Source of the DNA: the human T2T-CHM13v2.0 reference genome, Homo sapiens
Reading direction: 5' to 3' (one strand)
Length of the DNA: 64,000 nucleotides
NCBI RefSeq assembly: GCF_009914755.1
Contig: NC_060926.1
Shown: piece by piece, positions 59,961 through 64,000 of the stretch
Numbering within the stretch: the first letter of the stretch is position 1
How the letters are laid out: the number at the start of each line of letters is the position of its first letter
Program-made: the position numbers and the translations under genes
The notes under the pieces: generated by a model
The model's database searches: none
Seen by the model: only the letters and a program-made list of their open reading frames with translations
Told to the model about the DNA's origin: nothing

Positions 59961-61843
59961 TTCATTCTTGACCCATCTTTTAAATAATGTAAAACATAAT
60001 GGCTCTGCCACTGAGAACAAGGTTTGGAAAGGCTGTCTTTGAAACCAGAGTTGACAGGTGGAGCTGATTCTCTATTGTGATGTTTTCTCCCAGCTGGGCC
60101 TGGGTAAATGCCTTCAGGATCCTGTTTACTGGGCACGAGGCTGATCAGCATGGGCCTGTGGAGCCTTGGAGTTTAGCTCTAAGCGCATCAAGGAAACTGC
60201 GCCACTTTCGTACCCATGGCTTTTCTTCTTAGTGGACCTTTCCTCCTGTCATCCAGACCCTGAGGTGGGTGGAGACTCTTCTTTCTGTATTTTACAATCT
60301 GATTTGAGTCGTCACCAGGAACCCCAAAGGCCCATGACCCATAGTGGTCTGTGTCTTTCCAAGTTGTGAATTAGAATCCCAGTGGCTATGAGGCTGTCGG
60401 GTGACAAGGAGCTACTTTGTAGTGAGTGATCAAGGCTATCTTCGTGTGGCACCTGCTTTGTAGTGACTCCTGTAACACTACTTGCAAAGTAGTAAAACTT
60501 TATTTTTCGATGAAGCTTGCTCCTGAAAGAGAACCAAAATCTTGCACCAATGATGAAAACAACTGGTGCCTGAGGTTCGCTTTTGCGTTGATGGAGACCT
60601 GAGTTTGATTTCTTAGCTGAAGCTAAGAGGGAATATGATTACAGTGGAAAAGGCAAGGATTCAGAGCTGCTTGGAACTGGGTTCAAATTGCTTCTCTGCT
60701 ACTTGCTGTGTGGCTTTTGACAAGTCATTGAATCTCCCTGAGTTTCTACTTCCTAATCATTAGGAGAGACCCCAGTCCTGCTGTCCCTTTCCTGGAAAAC
60801 TGGTATGTCTGGAATGAGGCAACGCAGGCCAAGTTGTTGACACACACGAGGCTCTGAGTGAATGGCAGATAGCATTTTTATCTAGAAAAAGAAAAGCAAC
60901 CTAAGTAAGAAAGTGATGGAATTAGGGATTGTGGCAATTTGTGAAAATTTCAGGAATAATGTTTTGGAATGTCAGGGATCTGTTACTGAGATTTTCCAGA
61001 AACATGAAGTGATGGGTTAGCAATGAGGGAAAAACACAAGCACCGCACACCTTGCAGAAGCATTGATTTTGATATTAAAACTCACAGTAACACACAATGG
61101 AGTAGGCTGCAGATCCACATGAACTATAGGGTAAAACAAGGCTTTGTGAAATTGCTCACCAGTGGAAGGTCTCTTTGGCACTTAAATTGCCGGGTGCTCT
61201 GAATTCTCCTTTTACTGTTAGGGCTGCTTTTGGGGAGATGTTTGAGAAGCTGTGGATAATGTGAGGGGCTTCCCCAAAGGGGAGAGGGAACCTGCTGGGC
61301 AGCCACACTGACATTGCTCAGAAGGGGATGGTTTCCTCCTGAGGTGGGATTTCCCCTCTCCAGCTCGGCTGTGGCACAGCGTCTCTACAAACTCCTGGTA
61401 GTTCTCATGGGTGCTGTTCTCAGAGTATTTCTTGTTCTTCCAGGCACTCGGTAAAATTGCAACTTCCTACTCCCTTGAAATTAGGTACATGTGACCTGTC
61501 ATGGACTGTAGCGTGTGGACAGAAGCCTCAAAAACTAGTGTTTGATGGGCCATTTTGCTTTCTGTAATCTCAGCCATTGCAGAGACAAGGATTAGAGCCT
61601 CCCTCAGCCTGGGTCCCTGAAGAAGGAGGCTCTGTCGGTTATGATGACGTGTAGCACAAGTGAGCAATAAACCTTCCTTGTCTGAAGTCTTGGGCATTTG
61701 GGATTGTTTCTCATTATATCAGCAAAACCCACCTTATTCTGACTGATAGACTTGAGAGCAGTTACCAAAAAATCAATGGCTTTATTTTGTCCACCTGGCC
61801 TACACAGTAGTGATTCACAGCTGACACTCAGATCGGCTTTACA

Positions 61844-62154
<311 letters not shown>

Positions 62155-62625
62155 TCAGATCTGTTTTACTTTAGAGACTTATGAGCATGTCATGTGCCTG
62201 GCCAAGAAGATCCAGGTATGAGGGTGGCTGGGCTGTAACACTCCCTCCATACCTGCTCCAGGATACCAGGCTCCAGCCCTGATGCAGCTGATCAGGCTGA
62301 AGAGGAGAAAGAAAGGCAAGGACAAGCGTTGGCCCAGGACCTGCCATGTGGCAAGGGATCTGCTCCATGCTTTCTCTACATTACTTCTAATGATCACAGC
62401 AATCTATGAGGTGATTATTGTTCTCACTCCTCTTTTATAGATGGGAAAATGGTTTCTTGGAGAAGTTAAGTAACTTATTTGGAGCCACATACCTGGCAAG
62501 GGTATGTGAGTAGAGATGCAAACTTAGGCTGAGAAAATGATCTTTGAAGGAGGGAAACTGTTTCGTTCCCACCTGTAAGTTCTGTTTTTTGGCAGTGCTG
62601 AATCTCATCAAATTAGATCCAGAGA

Positions 62626-62912
<287 letters not shown>

Positions 62913-63194
62913 CCCAGGAAGCATTTTCTGACCGCTGAGGCTGAAAGGAGCCTTGTCCTCCACTCTCCATCCTCATTTTTGCTTACTGTGTGTTTTCCTT
63001 CATAGCTCTTTGTCGTTTAGTGCTTGTTTCTTCCACTATTGTAGAAGGACCACATTGTCTTATTAACCCTTGGGTTCCCAGGACCTGTCCAAGGCTGGCA
63101 TGCAGGAGACATTTAGTAAAGAATGATAAATAATGATTGCTTATATCAATAAAGCCTCCTTATGTTGATAGAGGAACCCCTGAAACAGTTTAGT

Positions 63195-63430
63195 GCAGAA
63201 GTCCAAAACACAAACTAGAGACAGACAGCCTGGGTTTGCATCTCAACTTTGCTACTTCCTAGCTCTGTGGCTTTCAGGAAGTTACTTAACCCCTCTGTGC
63301 CTCATTTTTCCCATCTGTCAAATGAAGATAACACTAGTAACTTTCCTCTTGATTGTTGTGAGAATTGAACAGGGTGTAAAGAACCTGGAAAGCACCTGGA
63401 ACAGTGCCAGCCCATAGTAAGTACGCAGCG
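63195..63430 (+). mobile_element. MIR
   Basis: aagttacttaacccctctgtgcctcatttttcccatctgtcaaatg. Confidence 0.8.
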
Positions 63431-64000
63431 AGAATGAGCTATTTGTATTGTGTAAACATGGTGGACAGTGTCTGTTATGTTTCCAAAATGATTGTTGTTG
63501 GAGACTAAGAGAAAATGGATGCAGCTACAGTACTGAGGAGGCTGCAGTGTCTGACCAAATACAAAATAGTTTGGTACAGGAGCTGATCAAAGAACACGCA
63601 TTGAGACAGACCTGGAGTTTGACATCAGCTTTGACTTACTAACCTGGTGACCTTGGGCAAACCTCTCTCCTACGCTCAGCTGCATTAGCAAACACATGGA
63701 CCAACACCACTAGAAGTGAGTGAAAATAAGGCAAATAACCATAAAAATGGGAGTAATATCCCTGCATGGCAGATTTGGTATGTGGATGAGATGAGATTTG
63801 GTCTGTGAAACCTCCTGCACAGAGCAAAAATGATTTCTGAACAAATGTACAAATGAAAGTGGATTTTGCTACATGAATGCAGAGAAGAGATAGGTGGTGC
63901 CCATTCAGCTTAGGACTTAAAAAGCCCATGCTGGGTAGGAGAGGTTATGTGAGGGATGAGGATTTCTTAGTGATTGGGTGAAATTCTGGCATTGAGAGTC

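Overview
Human genomic DNA, recognisable as the 3' end of LPIN1 (lipin-1 phosphatidate phosphatase, chr2p25) on the + strand, followed by about 45 kb of repeat-rich downstream sequence. The last four coding exons (6206-6358, 10602-10716, 11529-11632, 15750-15909) splice in frame at GT-AG junctions and encode the C-terminal HAD/C-LIP domain, ending ...FWREPLPPFENQDIHSASA*. The 3' UTR runs to an AATAAA at 18492. The MIR4262 hairpin lies on the - strand at 28050-28103. The rest is Alu, L1, L2/MIR, MaLR LTRs (THE1/MST/MLT), DNA transposon fossils and microsatellites. Almost all ORF-track entries are non-coding by-products. I see no evidence for a new gene system. The most unusual structures are: (1) a 12x58-bp minisatellite that has captured a perfect 62-bp inverted copy of its own flank; (2) an L1 with a 5' inversion and an apparent 3' transduction that splits an Alu in two; (3) a probable rare SVA2 retroelement in an LPIN1 intron; (4) the microhomology and branch point that explain the known recurrent LPIN1 deletion; (5) an AG|GTATGT dual-specificity site at the last exon. 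Repeat subfamily names and literature links come from memory of consensus sequences and are not database-verified.
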